Of a stretch of DNA of 64,000 nt, positions 40,708-51,345 are shown piece by piece. Below the pieces are notes generated by a model. That model saw only the letters and a program-made list of their open reading frames with translations, had not been told where the DNA came from and made no database searches. The stretch covers positions 320,001 through 384,000 of the forward strand of contig CAXXYE010000009.1 of assembly GCA_963674865.2 (NCBI GenBank), given 5' to 3'. Made by a program: the position numbers and the translations under genes. Each line of letters begins with the position of its first letter. Within the stretch, counting starts at the first letter, position 1. This DNA comes from Candidatus Hydrogenedentota bacterium (GTDB lineage: Bacteria; Hydrogenedentota; Hydrogenedentia; Hydrogenedentales; SLHB01).

Positions 40708-43700
40708 CTAGTCCTCCAGAGTTTCTTCCTCGTCCAGGTCGCTCGCACTCTCGACTTTGATGAGTTTGATCACGTCCAAGCACAGGCTCTGCATTTCCCG
40801 TACGAGTACGTTGAACGATTCAGGCGTGCCGGGATCGACCTCGCGCTCGCCCTTCACAACGGCCTCATAAGCTTTCGTGCGGCCCTGAATATCATCGGAC
40901 TTGATGGTAAGCAACTCCTGCAGCGTGTAGGCCGAGCCATAGGCCTCCAGCGCCCAGACCTCCATTTCGCCGAACCGCTGGCCGCCGAACTGGGCCTTGC
41001 CGCCGAGCGGCTGCTGGGTGACGAGCGAGTACGGGCCGATGGCGCGCGCGTGTATCTTATCGTCAACCAAGTGGTTCAGTTTCATCATGTAGATCTGGCC
41101 AACCGTCACCTCTTGGTCCAACTCGCTCCCGCTGCGGCCGTCGCGCAGTTTGATCTTCCCGCTCTCGGGCAGTCCGGCCTTCTTGAGAAACTGCCGGATG
41201 ACATCCTCCGAGGCGCCATTGAATACGGGAGACGCCACCTTCATGCCCAGCGCCTTGGCCGCCCAGCCCAAATGCGTCTCCAGGATCTGGCCGACGTTCA
41301 TCCGGGAGGGCACGCCCAACGGATTGAGCAGGATCTGCACCGGCGTGCCATCGGGAAGGAACGGCATGTCCTCAACGGGGAGGATCTTCGCGATAACGCC
41401 CTTGTTGCCGTGACGCCCGGCCATCTTGTCGCCAACCGACATCCGCCGCTTCGTTGCCACAAACACCTTGACGAGCTTGATCACGCCCGGTGGCAGTTCG
41501 TCGCCCTTGCGAAGCGTCTCGATGCGGCTATCGCGGAAGGCTATCAGCTTCGCCTCTTCCATAGCGGCCATATTGACCAGACGCGTGATCCGCTGCTGGA
41601 GCTTCGCGTTCTCGACGCGGAGCCGGGCGAGGACGCTGTAATCCACCTTCTCGAGGTGGGCTATCTTAATGCGCTTGCCCTTTTCGAGGACCAACTCGTC
41701 GGTATTGTGGTCCACCACGTCTTCCATGATCTTCAGCCCGACCAGATCATCGCGAAGCAGACCGAGGAACGTCTGGCGAATGGCGTCAATACGCTCCTCA
41801 TAGTAGCGTTTGGTCTTGTTCACTTCGGCCGTGAGGGCCGACTTCGCGGCCTTATCCATCGCTTTATCACGACGGCTGCACACGCGGACATCAACCACAA
41901 CGCCGTCCACGCCCGGCGGCACCGTCAAGGAGGCGTCCCGAACATCCTCGGCCTTCTCACCGAAAATCGCCCGGAGCAACTTCTCCTCAGGAGCAAGCTC
42001 AGTCTCGCCCTTCGGCGTCACCTTGCCCACAAGAATATCGCCAGGCTTTACCTTCGCTCCCAGCCGCACAATGCCGGACTCATCGAGGTTCTTCAGCGCG
42101 TCCTCGCTGACGTTGGGAATATCCCGCGTGACTTCTTCAGGCCCGAGCTTCGTGTCCCGCGCCTCAATATCGAACACCTGGATATGAATCGAGGTGAAGA
42201 CATCATCCTTCACCAAGTCTTCGCTGAGCAGAATCGCGTCCTCGAAGTTGTAACCCTCCCACGGCAGGAAGGCGCAAAGGATATTGCGTCCCAGCGCCAA
42301 TTCGCCGCCGTCGGTAGCCGGGCCATCCGCGATGATGTCCCCTTCGTCGACCTTGTCGCCCTTATGGACGATGGGGCGCTGGTTGATGCACGTGTTCTGG
42401 TTCGACCGCCCATACTTCTTCAGGCGGTATTCGTCCTCCTCCGCCCGGAACGGATTGTCATTCTTGGTAGGACGCTTTGTCCGGCGGATACGGATGATCT
42501 CGCTGTCGGCGTACTCGACAATGCCCGAGCGTTCGGCCCGAACCACCGTACCGGCATTCTTGGCCGTAACGTGTTCGAGGCCCGTGCCGACCAGGGGAGC
42601 CTCCGTCTTGAGCAGGGGCACCGCCTGACGCTGCATGTTGGAGCCCATCAAAGCGCGGTTCGCGTCATCGTGCTCCAGGAACGGAATCAAGGCCGCGGCC
42701 ACGCTGACGAGCTGCTTCGTCGACACGTCCATGTAATCCACTTGATCCGGACCGACCTTGGGGAAGTCCCCTCGGTGACGCGACAAGACCGTGGGATTCG
42801 TGAAACGGTGGTTCCGGTCAAGGGGGGCATTGGCCTGCGCGACAACATAGTTGTCCTCGTCGTAGGCCGACAGGAGTTCCACCGTGTCCTGCACTTTACC
42901 GTTGGAGACCTTGAAGTAGGGCGTCTCGAGGAAACCGTACTCATTGATCCTCGCGTACGTGGACAGCGAAGCCATGAGGCCAATGTTCGGCCCTTCAGGC
43001 GTCTCAATGGGGCAGATGCGTCCGTAATGCGTCGTATGGACGTCACGCACCTCGAACCCGGCCCGCTCCCGGCTCAACCCGCCCGGGCCCAAGGCACTCA
43101 GGCGCCGCTTGTGCGTCAGCTCGGCGAGAGGATTGATCTGGTCCATGAAGTGCGACAACTGGCTGCGTCCGAAGAAGTCCTTGATAACCGCACTCACGGG
43201 CTTCGGATTGACCAGGGTCTGTGGCGTGACCTGATCCTCATCCTGGAAGTTCATCCGCTCGCGCACCGTCCGCTCCATGCGGACCAGTCCGATGCGGACT
43301 TGGTTGGAAAGCAATTCGCCGACGGCGCGTACACGCCGGTTGCCGAGGTGGTCGATATCATCGAGCACACCCTCGCCGCTGCGCAGTCGGACCAGGTACT
43401 GAAGCGTGGCCACCACGTCCTCGGGAGTAAGGGTCTTTGTCTCCTGAGGGATATCGAGCCCCAACTTCCGGTTGATTTTGTAGCGTCCGACCGGGGCGAA
43501 ATCATACCGGCTCGCGTCGAAGAACAGCCGCTGGAAAAAGGTGCGGGTCGTCGACTCCGTAGCCGGATCCCCGGGGCGGATGCGCGCATAGACCTCACGG
43601 AGGGCGTCGGCCTCCGTCTCCGTCGGATCGGCCGCCAACGTGTTTATGATCGACGCATCCTGGGCGTAATCCTCCTGGTTCACCAGCAGGAATTCCTTGA

Positions 43701-44571
43701 CATGGGAATGCAGGATACGGTCGACAACAAGCTCCGTAAGCTGCTCGCCTGATTCAGCCAAGATCTCGCCCGTCTCCGGATCGATCACTTCCCCGCCGGT
43801 CACGCGCCCCACCAGCTCGGCGGGCTCGAGAGATTTGCTGTTGACCCGGAACTTCGTGCGTCCCGGCACGGCAACATCCATCTGGTAGAAGAGTTTGAGG
43901 ATGTCCTCATTCTCCTCATAGTTGAAGGCCCGAAGGAAGGCCGTGGCAATCAGACGGGACCGGCGGTCGATGGTGAGCCACAGGATGTCGTTCACATCGT
44001 ACTCGAACTCAAGCCACGCGCCGCGGTAGGGGATAATCCGGGCGGACAGAAGGGCCTTGCCGTTCTGATGGATCTTTGTCTCAAAAGACACCCCGGGCGA
44101 CTTGTGCAACTGGCTGACGATGACACGTTCAGCGCCATTAATAATGAAAGTGCCCGTGGGCGTCATGAGCGGGAGTTCGCCGAGGAATACCTCTTGCTCC
44201 ACCATCATCCGCTCACGCGTGTCGTCACTGGACGTCCCCACGTGCTCCAGCTTGACCAGACGCAGTAGCGCCTTCAGTGAGGCCGCGTAGGTAAGCCCAC
44301 GCTGCTGGCACTCCTCGATGGTGTACTTCGGAGGCGTGAACGCGTAGTGCACGAACTCCAGACGCGTCATGCCGTCGGGCGAACTAATCGGGAAGACATC
44401 CAGGAAGACCTCCTGGAGCCCTTTGAGTCCCCGTTCCTCCGGCGGCACGTCCCATTGCAGGAAATCGTCGTAGGATTTCGTTTGGATCTCGATGAGATTA
44501 GGAAGCTCCATCTCATCGGGAATCCGGCCAAGTGATGGACGATCAACGGTTTCTTGTCGAGCGACAGCCAT
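40708..44571 (-). CDS. rpoB: DNA-directed RNA polymerase beta subunit
   Basis: ATG at 44571 after [57 protein letters not shown]. Confidence 0.99.
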   Translation of the reverse strand: MAVARQETVDRPSLGRIPDEMELPNLIEIQTKSYDDFLQWDVPPEERGLKGLQEVFLDVFPISSPDGMTRLEFVHYAFTPPKYTIEECQQRGLTYAASLKALLRLVKLEHVGTSSDDTRERMMVEQEVFLGELPLMTPTGTFIINGAERVIVSQLHKSPGVSFETKIHQNGKALLSARIIPYRGAWLEFEYDVNDILWLTIDRRSRLIATAFLRAFNYEENEDILKLFYQMDVAVPGRTKFRVNSKSLEPAELVGRVTGGEVIDPETGEILAESGEQLTELVVDRILHSHVKEFLLVNQEDYAQDASIINTLAADPTETEADALREVYARIRPGDPATESTTRTFFQRLFFDASRYDFAPVGRYKINRKLGLDIPQETKTLTPEDVVATLQYLVRLRSGEGVLDDIDHLGNRRVRAVGELLSNQVRIGLVRMERTVRERMNFQDEDQVTPQTLVNPKPVSAVIKDFFGRSQLSHFMDQINPLAELTHKRRLSALGPGGLSRERAGFEVRDVHTTHYGRICPIETPEGPNIGLMASLSTYARINEYGFLETPYFKVSNGKVQDTVELLSAYDEDNYVVAQANAPLDRNHRFTNPTVLSRHRGDFPKVGPDQVDYMDVSTKQLVSVAAALIPFLEHDDANRALMGSNMQRQAVPLLKTEAPLVGTGLEHVTAKNAGTVVRAERSGIVEYADSEIIRIRRTKRPTKNDNPFRAEEDEYRLKKYGRSNQNTCINQRPIVHKGDKVDEGDIIADGPATDGGELALGRNILCAFLPWEGYNFEDAILLSEDLVKDDVFTSIHIQVFDIEARDTKLGPEEVTRDIPNVSEDALKNLDESGIVRLGAKVKPGDILVGKVTPKGETELAPEEKLLRAIFGEKAEDVRDASLTVPPGVDGVVVDVRVCSRRDKAMDKAAKSALTAEVNKTKRYYEERIDAIRQTFLGLLRDDLVGLKIMEDVVDHNTDELVLEKGKRIKIAHLEKVDYSVLARLRVENAKLQQRITRLVNMAAMEEAKLIAFRDSRIETLRKGDELPPGVIKLVKVFVATKRRMSVGDKMAGRHGNKGVIAKILPVEDMPFLPDGTPVQILLNPLGVPSRMNVGQILETHLGWAAKALGMKVASPVFNGASEDVIRQFLKKAGLPESGKIKLRDGRSGSELDQEVTVGQIYMMKLNHLVDDKIHARAIGPYSLVTQQPLGGKAQFGGQRFGEMEVWALEAYGSAYTLQELLTIKSDDIQGRTKAYEAVVKGEREVDPGTPESFNVLVREMQSLCLDVIKLIKVESASDLDEEETLED

Positions 44572-44710
44572 GCAGATCACCTCTGTGTTGCGGGCTAATG
44601 TCAGTCGAGAGTTTTTGACATGAAGGACTTATGAGACACCCAGCGCGGCATCGCATTGTTCATTGTTATTCTGCAAAAGACAGATCTACCCTGTCGGTAG
44701 GCAAACGCAA

Positions 44711-44739
44711 ACTGTATCACACCCTTTCCGCTGTGTCAA
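44711..44739 (-). promoter_or_regulatory. Sigma70 promoter of rpoBC
   Basis: TTGACA-N17-TACAGT with extended TG, about 140 nt upstream of the rpoB start. Confidence 0.65.
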
Positions 44740-44830
44740 GCGAAAAATCCCTCCTGGAATCCTTCCGGTGGCCGCGTAGCCTGCCGTCCCACACCGCCTT
44801 GCGAACCTTATCGTCGCTCGCCAGGTCAAA

Positions 44831-46696
44831 TTAGAAAAGTATAAATAACGATGTTTCTGCTGGGATTGCGCCCCGCGCCTTCCCGCGCCCACGCGTCACG
44901 GCCTCCGGACGGCCCTCGGCGATTCGGACACGCAGTAGCGGCTCCCCTCCTTCATCTCCCGGGACTACGAACTCCAGGTTCCATACGCCTGGCCCGTCCC
45001 CCTCCTTGCGGGACCAGCCGGCCCCAGCCCACGAGCCGTCCTCATCCACCGCCTCAACGGGAATGCCATCGAGCGCCAGTTTCTCCCCGGCCGCCTCAAT
45101 CAGAAATGAGATCGTCGTAGCATCCACTCGAGCGACCGCCACAATCGGCAACCGTCCCTCGGGAATGTCGGCCGGCCCTTGCGAGCCGGTCCCTCCTCCC
45201 CAGTGTTCAAGCAGGGCGAGTAGATCGTTCGCCGACCATCCCTCCAATGCCGGCGCCAATTCGCCTGATCCTAACAGGAAAGCCACGGCCTTCGCCAGTG
45301 ACGGCACATACGCCGGATCGACTTCACGGCCCGGCCTCTTCGCGGCCGCGCGAATCCTCAGCGCGGCGACAGCCCGGTCGGTCTTGCCCGCCGCTGCCAG
45401 TGCCCGCGGATAGGCCGGGCAACGCTCGGGAGGCGCGTGGGCGGAGCAGAAGTCCCGAAGCCGGACGAGAAACGCCCCAAGCTCGTTGTCATCAGGAGGC
45501 GGGAGCAGGGGTGGACGCGGCGGCGCCGCCTCCATGATCTCCGCAAACCACGCAGCCGCGCGAAGCGGATGCCCTTTAGCCAGTTCCGCGCGGGCCCGCC
45601 AAAGAAACGTCCGCGTCTCAACGGGAGAAATACCTTGGAACACGGCCATACGCTCCTCGATACGGCCAAAATGGCCCGCCTTGTAGTCGCGCGCGGCCAA
45701 CTCCTCGTAGTCGTACGGATGCTCAATGTTGCCTGGCAGGACCCATAGGCAGTTGACCACAATGAAGACCGTGGCCACGGCGACCCCGGCCTTGGGCAGT
45801 GTGGGTGGCAGGGCGCTCGGCTGGAACCGCCGTACCGCGTGCCGCGCGGCCAGGCCCAGGAGGAATGCCAGCGGCAGACGCGTTGTGAGGGGAAGCAGAA
45901 GGTGGGCGCACGCTCCCAAGAGCATCATGGCCAAGAGGAGGAGATGCAAGTCGTTGCCCTGTTCCCGCCGATCCACCTCGAGCTTCGCTGCCACGCGGGC
46001 CACCAGCCACCATGCCGTGGCGGCTATGGCCCATGCAGCCACAGACCGCCCCGCCAGGCGAGCCTGCCACTGAAAAGCCGGAGCGTCGCCTGATGACAGC
46101 AACACCACCAGCACGGCCAGCGCTCCTGCCAGGGCCGCGACCCGGACAGCCCGCGGCGCGTGGCGCCTCGCGGCCAAACGCAACAGGACCACGAGACAAA
46201 GGACCAGCGTCACCGCGACCCATTCGGGATCGTGAGAGAAGGGCGCGGGAAGACCCGTGGAAGGGAGATAGCTGACAGGCAAGACCGCCGTGAACCTGGA
46301 AAGCAGCATATACACGGCCAGACAACCCCCGGAGACGCCCGAAAAAAGGACCCATCTCTTGGCCACGCGGCGGGTCGGCCCGAAATGCACGGTGCTCACG
46401 AAGAGAATCACGCTGACGGGCGCCAGGCCCGCCGTCCAAGTGTCGCGCCGGACGGCGCTCGGGATCGTCAAGGCCAGTAGTAGGAGGCATGGCCACGTAA
46501 GCTCAAAAGGGAGACGCAACTTGCGGTTGAACGCGAGATCGAGGCCCGTCAAGACAGCCAGCGCCAACACGATCAGGTCGATGAGATCGAGTCCAGCTCC
46601 CGGGACATAGAGAAGGTACGAGAATCCGCCCCAAGGCCATATGACAGCAAGCACACCCAGAAGATACGCGGCGACTCTGGCCGGAAGTCCCTTCAC
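44831..46696 (-). CDS. Multi-pass membrane protein with C-terminal TPR-like soluble domain (O-antigen ligase-like topology, function uncertain)
   Basis: GTG start at 46696 after GGAGGT; roughly ten hydrophobic helices followed by a helical domain. Confidence 0.55.
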   Translation of the reverse strand: MKGLPARVAAYLLGVLAVIWPWGGFSYLLYVPGAGLDLIDLIVLALAVLTGLDLAFNRKLRLPFELTWPCLLLLALTIPSAVRRDTWTAGLAPVSVILFVSTVHFGPTRRVAKRWVLFSGVSGGCLAVYMLLSRFTAVLPVSYLPSTGLPAPFSHDPEWVAVTLVLCLVVLLRLAARRHAPRAVRVAALAGALAVLVVLLSSGDAPAFQWQARLAGRSVAAWAIAATAWWLVARVAAKLEVDRREQGNDLHLLLLAMMLLGACAHLLLPLTTRLPLAFLLGLAARHAVRRFQPSALPPTLPKAGVAVATVFIVVNCLWVLPGNIEHPYDYEELAARDYKAGHFGRIEERMAVFQGISPVETRTFLWRARAELAKGHPLRAAAWFAEIMEAAPPRPPLLPPPDDNELGAFLVRLRDFCSAHAPPERCPAYPRALAAAGKTDRAVAALRIRAAAKRPGREVDPAYVPSLAKAVAFLLGSGELAPALEGWSANDLLALLEHWGGGTGSQGPADIPEGRLPIVAVARVDATTISFLIEAAGEKLALDGIPVEAVDEDGSWAGAGWSRKEGDGPGVWNLEFVVPGDEGGEPLLRVRIAEGRPEAVTRGRGKARGAIPAETSLFILF

Positions 46697-46836
46697 GGAA
46701 GCACCTCCGGATCCGAGGCTGCCGCCGGGGTGATGGCGCGGTGTTCGACCCCATGATGCGCAAGCCATTGAGCCATCCCCGCGCATAGAAGGAACGCAAT
46801 AACGAGAAGCGCGGCGATACGCCTCTCGAGCCTCAT
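46693..46836 (-). CDS. 47-aa small membrane or secreted peptide, translationally coupled to the next gene
   Basis: MRLERRIAALLVIAFLLCAGMAQWLAHHGVEHRAITPAAASDPEVLP*; its stop overlaps the downstream start as GTGA. Confidence 0.45.
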   Translation of the reverse strand: MRLERRIAALLVIAFLLCAGMAQWLAHHGVEHRAITPAAASDPEVLP

Positions 46837-47094
46837 TCGTTGGATTGCGTCCCGCATTTCCCCGCTCTCCTAATTGCCGGCCCCGTCACGGCGCCGCGCG
46901 CATCTACCTAGCCCGCCTATTTCACCAATCCTATGCTCGAAAGGCTGTTTGGCCCTATGAATACGGGCCGGATTACGCTTGGCGCACAGCTTTGCGCCGT
47001 AACGTTTTGTCACCGGGCCATCGCCAGGCCACCGGGCGTCAACGTTCCTGACACCCCAGTAGACAAAAGATGAAATATGTGGGCCGCCTGGGAC

Positions 47095-47592
47095 TCATGC
47101 AATATCCAGGCTAGGATAAGCGCCCAAAAGCCTTAGGATACCCCGGTGAACCGAGTGAACGAAGCCCGGCTTCGGCAGGAAAAGGTAAGGGCAGTAGCCT
47201 GGGATCACGCTGACCCCCGCCTCTTCGCAAAGGCGGACGGCCTCCGGCACGACCGCGCCTTGCCCCGCCCCGCGGTGCAGCCATACTCGCCGTATGCCCG
47301 CTTCCAGACAATCGCGCACCACCTGCACTGAAGCGCCCGGGGGTGTCATAACGAGCACCCACTCCACCGGAGGGTCGATCTCCTGCACACGCTTAGAGCA
47401 CTTCCTTCCTTCGATATCATCCGCTTCCAGGTTGACGGGCTGAACGTCATAGCCCCGGCTGAGCATGTCGCGCATCAAAGCGCGTGAGAAATCACGCCCA
47501 TTCCGGGACACGCCGGCCATGGCCAGGCGTGTCCGGACAAGACAATCCTCAATGCGCGTGCGCACCCGGTTGTTTGTCTGCGTATGTTTCAT
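47095..47592 (-). CDS. CoA-binding protein (YccU-like); start uncertain
   Basis: LAMAGVSRN, GYDVQPVN, IEGRKC, GIRRVWLHRG.GQG, VIPGYCP. Confidence 0.8.
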   Translation of the reverse strand: MKHTQTNNRVRTRIEDCLVRTRLAMAGVSRNGRDFSRALMRDMLSRGYDVQPVNLEADDIEGRKCSKRVQEIDPPVEWVLVMTPPGASVQVVRDCLEAGIRRVWLHRGAGQGAVVPEAVRLCEEAGVSVIPGYCPYLFLPKPGFVHSVHRGILRLLGAYPSLDIA

Positions 47593-48361
47593 CTTCGGAG
47601 ACTCCAAACAAACGCGCCGCGTTAGCCGTCGTCTGACGGGCGAATTGATCGAGCGGGATGCCGCGAAGCTCCGCCAAGAAAGCCGCCGTGTGGTGGACAT
47701 GCCCCGGCTCCGAACGCTTGACGCGCCCGCGCAGTGGGTGCGGGACCAGATACGGACTATCCGTTTCGACAAGGAGGCGCTCCACTGCCACAGCACCTGC
47801 GGCCTCGCGAAGGTTATCCGCATTCCTGTACGTGACGTTCCCTGCAAAGGAGATATAGAATCCCCATTCGATGCACCGCTCCGCGAAGGCGGCGTCGCCC
47901 GAGAAGCAGTGCATGACGCCGGACGGCCGCTGGTCGCCCGCCGCGTCAATGATCGCCGTTAGATCCTCATGGGCGTCCCGATTGTGAATGATAACCGGCA
48001 AACCTATCTCGTGGGCAAGCCCAAGCTGACGCTCGAAAGCCCGGCGCTGCTCCGGCGCCGGCGAATACATGTAATGATAGTCCAGTCCGATCTCCCCGAG
48101 GGCGACCACGCAAGGCTGGTGAACCAACGCTTCGATTTCATCGAGCGTCGCGGTGCCGAACTGAGACGCGTGATGCGGGTGGACGCCCGCCGACGCGTAC
48201 AAACGCTCTCCCGCCATGCCGACCGCCGCGCGGCTCGAGGCGACGTCGTCGCCCACGACCACAGCCCAAGCCAAGTCGGACAGGGCCCGAGCCACAACCT
48301 CCCCCCGATCCGAATCGAACGCCGGATCTTGGAGATGACAGTGTGAATCCACCAGTTTCAT
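47549..48361 (-). CDS. tatD: TatD-family hydrolase
   Basis: DSHCHL, GVHPH, GEIGLDY, IHNRDA, MHCFSG, ETDSPYL. Confidence 0.93.
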   Translation of the reverse strand: MKLVDSHCHLQDPAFDSDRGEVVARALSDLAWAVVVGDDVASSRAAVGMAGERLYASAGVHPHHASQFGTATLDEIEALVHQPCVVALGEIGLDYHYMYSPAPEQRRAFERQLGLAHEIGLPVIIHNRDAHEDLTAIIDAAGDQRPSGVMHCFSGDAAFAERCIEWGFYISFAGNVTYRNADNLREAAGAVAVERLLVETDSPYLVPHPLRGRVKRSEPGHVHHTAAFLAELRGIPLDQFARQTTANAARLFGVSEDETYADKQPGAHAH

Positions 48362-48490
48362 GAGGTCTAGAGCCTTGCATCGTAGAGCAACTCCACAGTG
48401 CCGCGCACACGGCGCTTGGAAGTTACTTCATTGACTTGGCGCGCGAAAGAATCGGCGATCCTGCCGTCAAGAGCACGTTCCGGCCGTAGC

Positions 48491-49522
48491 TTACTTGTGC
48501 GGACGATTGTGCGGGTGCTTCTTCTTGCGTTTCCGCCGCCGGTGCTTACGACGAGGCGTTCCCTCCTCGCCGGACTTTTCTGTGGCGGATGCATCCACAC
48601 TTGGAGGAGCGCCGCCCTCCGCTTTCGCCGCGGATTCGGCCTGAGTCTCCTCGGTGCTCGAAGCGGCAGCCTCCGCCGGTGGCGAGGCGACCTCGGTGCA
48701 CTTCGGCTCACGAGGCCCGCCATTCTCCGTGTCTACCGCTCCCGTAACCGCCGCGAATTCGCTGCTTTCATCGGCCGACGGCCCAATGTCCTCCGCTGCG
48801 GCATCTCCATCCGGGGCCGCCTTGGCGTCTTCATCCGAAGGAGGTTTCTCTTGAGTTGCGGCTTTCGAGGCGCCCCGCTTCCTCGACGGATACTGGTCGT
48901 TTTCGTAGCTCAGACAACACATCAAGCGGCCGCACTGGCCGCTGATCTTGGCGGGATTGAGCGAGAGGCTCTGGCGTTTGGCCATCTTCATGGAAATGGG
49001 CACAAATCCCGACAACCACGCCCTGCAACACAATTCCAGGCCGCACGACCCGATGCCGCCCACCATTTTCGCCTCATCGCGAACCTGGATGTGCCGCAGT
49101 TCGATGCGCGTCTTCAATTCATGGGCAAGATCGCGAACAAGCTCCCGGAAATCCACCCGATCATCCGCCGTGAAATAGAAGATCACCCTTCGCTTATCGA
49201 AGGTGTACTCGGCATCGACAAGCTTCATCGGCAGGTGCCGCTCGGCCACCTTCCGCTTGCACAACTGCAGAGCCTTCTCCTCCTCGACCAGCAACTGCTT
49301 GTAAGTCATCTCGTCGTGCGTGTTCGCACGCCGCACCACCTGCATCGTCAGCCGCTTGGCCATTTCCTCCGGACACGGCTCCGGCGGCACGACGCACGTG
49401 CCGAACTCGAGGCCGCGGTCGCTGCGGACAATGCAGGGCTCGTCGCGTTCAAGAGGCACATCGCGACATAAGAAGGTGAAGACCCGCGTGGGCTTTCGCA
49501 GCCGGACCTTAGCGGTTTCCAT
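48491..49522 (-). CDS. PSP1 domain protein (YaaT/RicT family) with low-complexity acidic-then-basic tail
   Basis: FYFTADDRVDFRELVRDLA, GSCGLELCC, KISGQCGRLMCCL.YE. Confidence 0.9.
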   Translation of the reverse strand: METAKVRLRKPTRVFTFLCRDVPLERDEPCIVRSDRGLEFGTCVVPPEPCPEEMAKRLTMQVVRRANTHDEMTYKQLLVEEEKALQLCKRKVAERHLPMKLVDAEYTFDKRRVIFYFTADDRVDFRELVRDLAHELKTRIELRHIQVRDEAKMVGGIGSCGLELCCRAWLSGFVPISMKMAKRQSLSLNPAKISGQCGRLMCCLSYENDQYPSRKRGASKAATQEKPPSDEDAKAAPDGDAAAEDIGPSADESSEFAAVTGAVDTENGGPREPKCTEVASPPAEAAASSTEETQAESAAKAEGGAPPSVDASATEKSGEEGTPRRKHRRRKRKKKHPHNRPHK

Positions 49523-49555
49523 ACCAGATATAACTCCTAAACGGCGCGGTACCTG

Positions 49556-49597
49556 AGCTTGGCTCGCCTACGCTACGTTCGCCGTTCCTGTCCCGTG
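49556..49597. repeat. Degenerate GGGAC...GTCCC-type hairpin repeat
   Basis: GAGCTTGGCTCG...GTTCCTGTCCCG resembles the core of families A and B and of the 57-kb MITE. Confidence 0.3.
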
Positions 49598-49633
49598 GCG
49601 ACGAGGCGCGAGAAAACGGCGTTGCCCGCAACG

Positions 49634-50719
49634 TCACTCCGCCAGCACAAAGAAGAGGTCGCGAAAAACGCGCTCCTCATTCAGGAAGCGCTCCAAATAC
49701 CTCCGCGCCGTGTCGATTGCGTTGATTTTGCTCTCCGGGTCGCGCACCTGAGCAGCTTCGAGCCGCTCCATATAATCCCGGTTCAGAATAGCGCCGGCGC
49801 CCGCTGTCGCACCGTACACTAACGCGTCCCGGTACCAGGTCTCGAACAGATACAAGTATTCCATTGTATCACGCCGGCATAGGGCGTCGACCAAAGCGTT
49901 CTGTTCTTCCTGTTGCCTCTCCCTGTCGGCCTTGCCGAGTTCGTCGTCCCGATCCGGCACAAACGCCTCTTTCACCGTACTCAGAACCTGCTTTTTCTGA
50001 TCGTCCAGGAGCTTCGTGAATTCCTCGGCCAGTTCGACGGGATCATCGCCCGCGGCGAGGCGCCGCGTGATCTCGGCGACGGCCGTCCGCTTCTCCGAAT
50101 CGACCAAGTCGAAAGCGCGCGTCATCTGCCCCTGCGCCAAGGATGCCACCGCTTGTGCATGGTGCTCATCAAGCCCGCGTTCTCTCTGAAGGATCGCCGC
50201 CACCGTTGTCGGGCTCAGCCTCCCGAAACGAACCATCTGGCAACGCGATCGTATGGTGGGCAGCAAGAGCCCGGGAAACTCCGTTACCAGAAGGAACAAC
50301 GAGTTGCCCGGCGGCTCTTCCAACGTTTTCAGGAAGTGATTCTGCGCCGGGTGACGCATTCTGTCAGCATCCTGAAAGATGAAGACCCGCCATTGCCCCT
50401 CGAACGGCCTCAGCGTAGCCATTTCGGTTACGCTCTCGACGGCCTCCACGTCGATGGTGCGCGACTTCTTAACAGGTACGACATACTGCACATCCGGATG
50501 ATTGCCGCTGACCACCTTCCGGCAGGAAAGGCATGTGCCGCAAGGCTTCTCGCCCTTCCCCGAGCAATTGACCGCCTTGGCCATCTCGGTGGCCGTCATC
50601 CGCTTCCCGACGCCGCCGGGACCCCAGAAAAGCATCGCGTTGGGCACCCGCCCCCGGCCGATGAGGTTCTTCAAGAGGCGAACAGGTACGGCTTGATCTC
50701 TAATGTCCTCAAATGCCAC
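49634..50719 (-). CDS. holB: DNA polymerase III delta' subunit
   Basis: GPGGVGK, CGTCLSC, NHPD, FLKTLEEPP, LPTIRSRC; follows tmk. Confidence 0.92.
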   Translation of the reverse strand: MAFEDIRDQAVPVRLLKNLIGRGRVPNAMLFWGPGGVGKRMTATEMAKAVNCSGKGEKPCGTCLSCRKVVSGNHPDVQYVVPVKKSRTIDVEAVESVTEMATLRPFEGQWRVFIFQDADRMRHPAQNHFLKTLEEPPGNSLFLLVTEFPGLLLPTIRSRCQMVRFGRLSPTTVAAILQRERGLDEHHAQAVASLAQGQMTRAFDLVDSEKRTAVAEITRRLAAGDDPVELAEEFTKLLDDQKKQVLSTVKEAFVPDRDDELGKADRERQQEEQNALVDALCRRDTMEYLYLFETWYRDALVYGATAGAGAILNRDYMERLEAAQVRDPESKINAIDTARRYLERFLNEERVFRDLFFVLAE

Positions 50720-51345
50720 TAGCTATTCCCCATAAGGGATGTCACAAGCGCGCGAATATCTTCCGTGACCGCCTCAATGGACCGCGCCGCATCCACGACC
50801 TTGACGCGATCCGGTTCCAGTTCCGCCAGCCGCAGAAATCCCGCACGGACCTTCTCGTGGAATGCAAGCGGCTCCGCCTCCATCCGATCCCGTTTCCGCC
50901 GGGCGGTGCGGGCGAGCCCATCGGAGGGCGGGAGATCGAGAACAATGGTGAGGTCGGGCCACACGCCCGCCGTCGCGATCCGGTGCAGTTCTTGCACCAT
51001 ATCGAGAGGCAAGTCACGCCCCGCGCCTTGGTACGCCGTCGTCGAGTCCGCAAACCGATCGCACAGAACGATTTTTCCGTCGGCCAATGCCGGACGGATG
51101 CATTCTTCAACCAATTGAGCCCGGGCCGCTTCGTAGAGCAGCAATTCCGCCATCGAACAAAGCGCCGTATTCGCGGGATCAAGCAGAATACGGCGGACGG
51201 CCTCGCCCGTGGTCGTGCCGCCGGGCTCCCGGGTGGCGATCACCTGGTGGCCCTGGCTGGCGAGGCAGTCCCGTAGACGCCGGATCTGGGTGGATTTTCC
51301 GCAGCCTTCGACGCCTTCGATGGTGACGAAGAGCCCCTCCATCAC
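50719..51345 (-). CDS. tmk: Thymidylate kinase
   Basis: EGVEGCGKSTQ, TREPGG, LCDRFADSTTAYQG. Confidence 0.95.
   Translation of the reverse strand: MMEGLFVTIEGVEGCGKSTQIRRLRDCLASQGHQVIATREPGGTTTGEAVRRILLDPANTALCSMAELLLYEAARAQLVEECIRPALADGKIVLCDRFADSTTAYQGAGRDLPLDMVQELHRIATAGVWPDLTIVLDLPPSDGLARTARRKRDRMEAEPLAFHEKVRAGFLRLAELEPDRVKVVDAARSIEAVTEDIRALVTSLMGNS

Noticed and set aside
38701..43752. 1683-aa ORF on the + strand
   Set aside because: Antisense shadow of rpoB/rpoC, expected from high-GC codon bias; no recognisable motifs.
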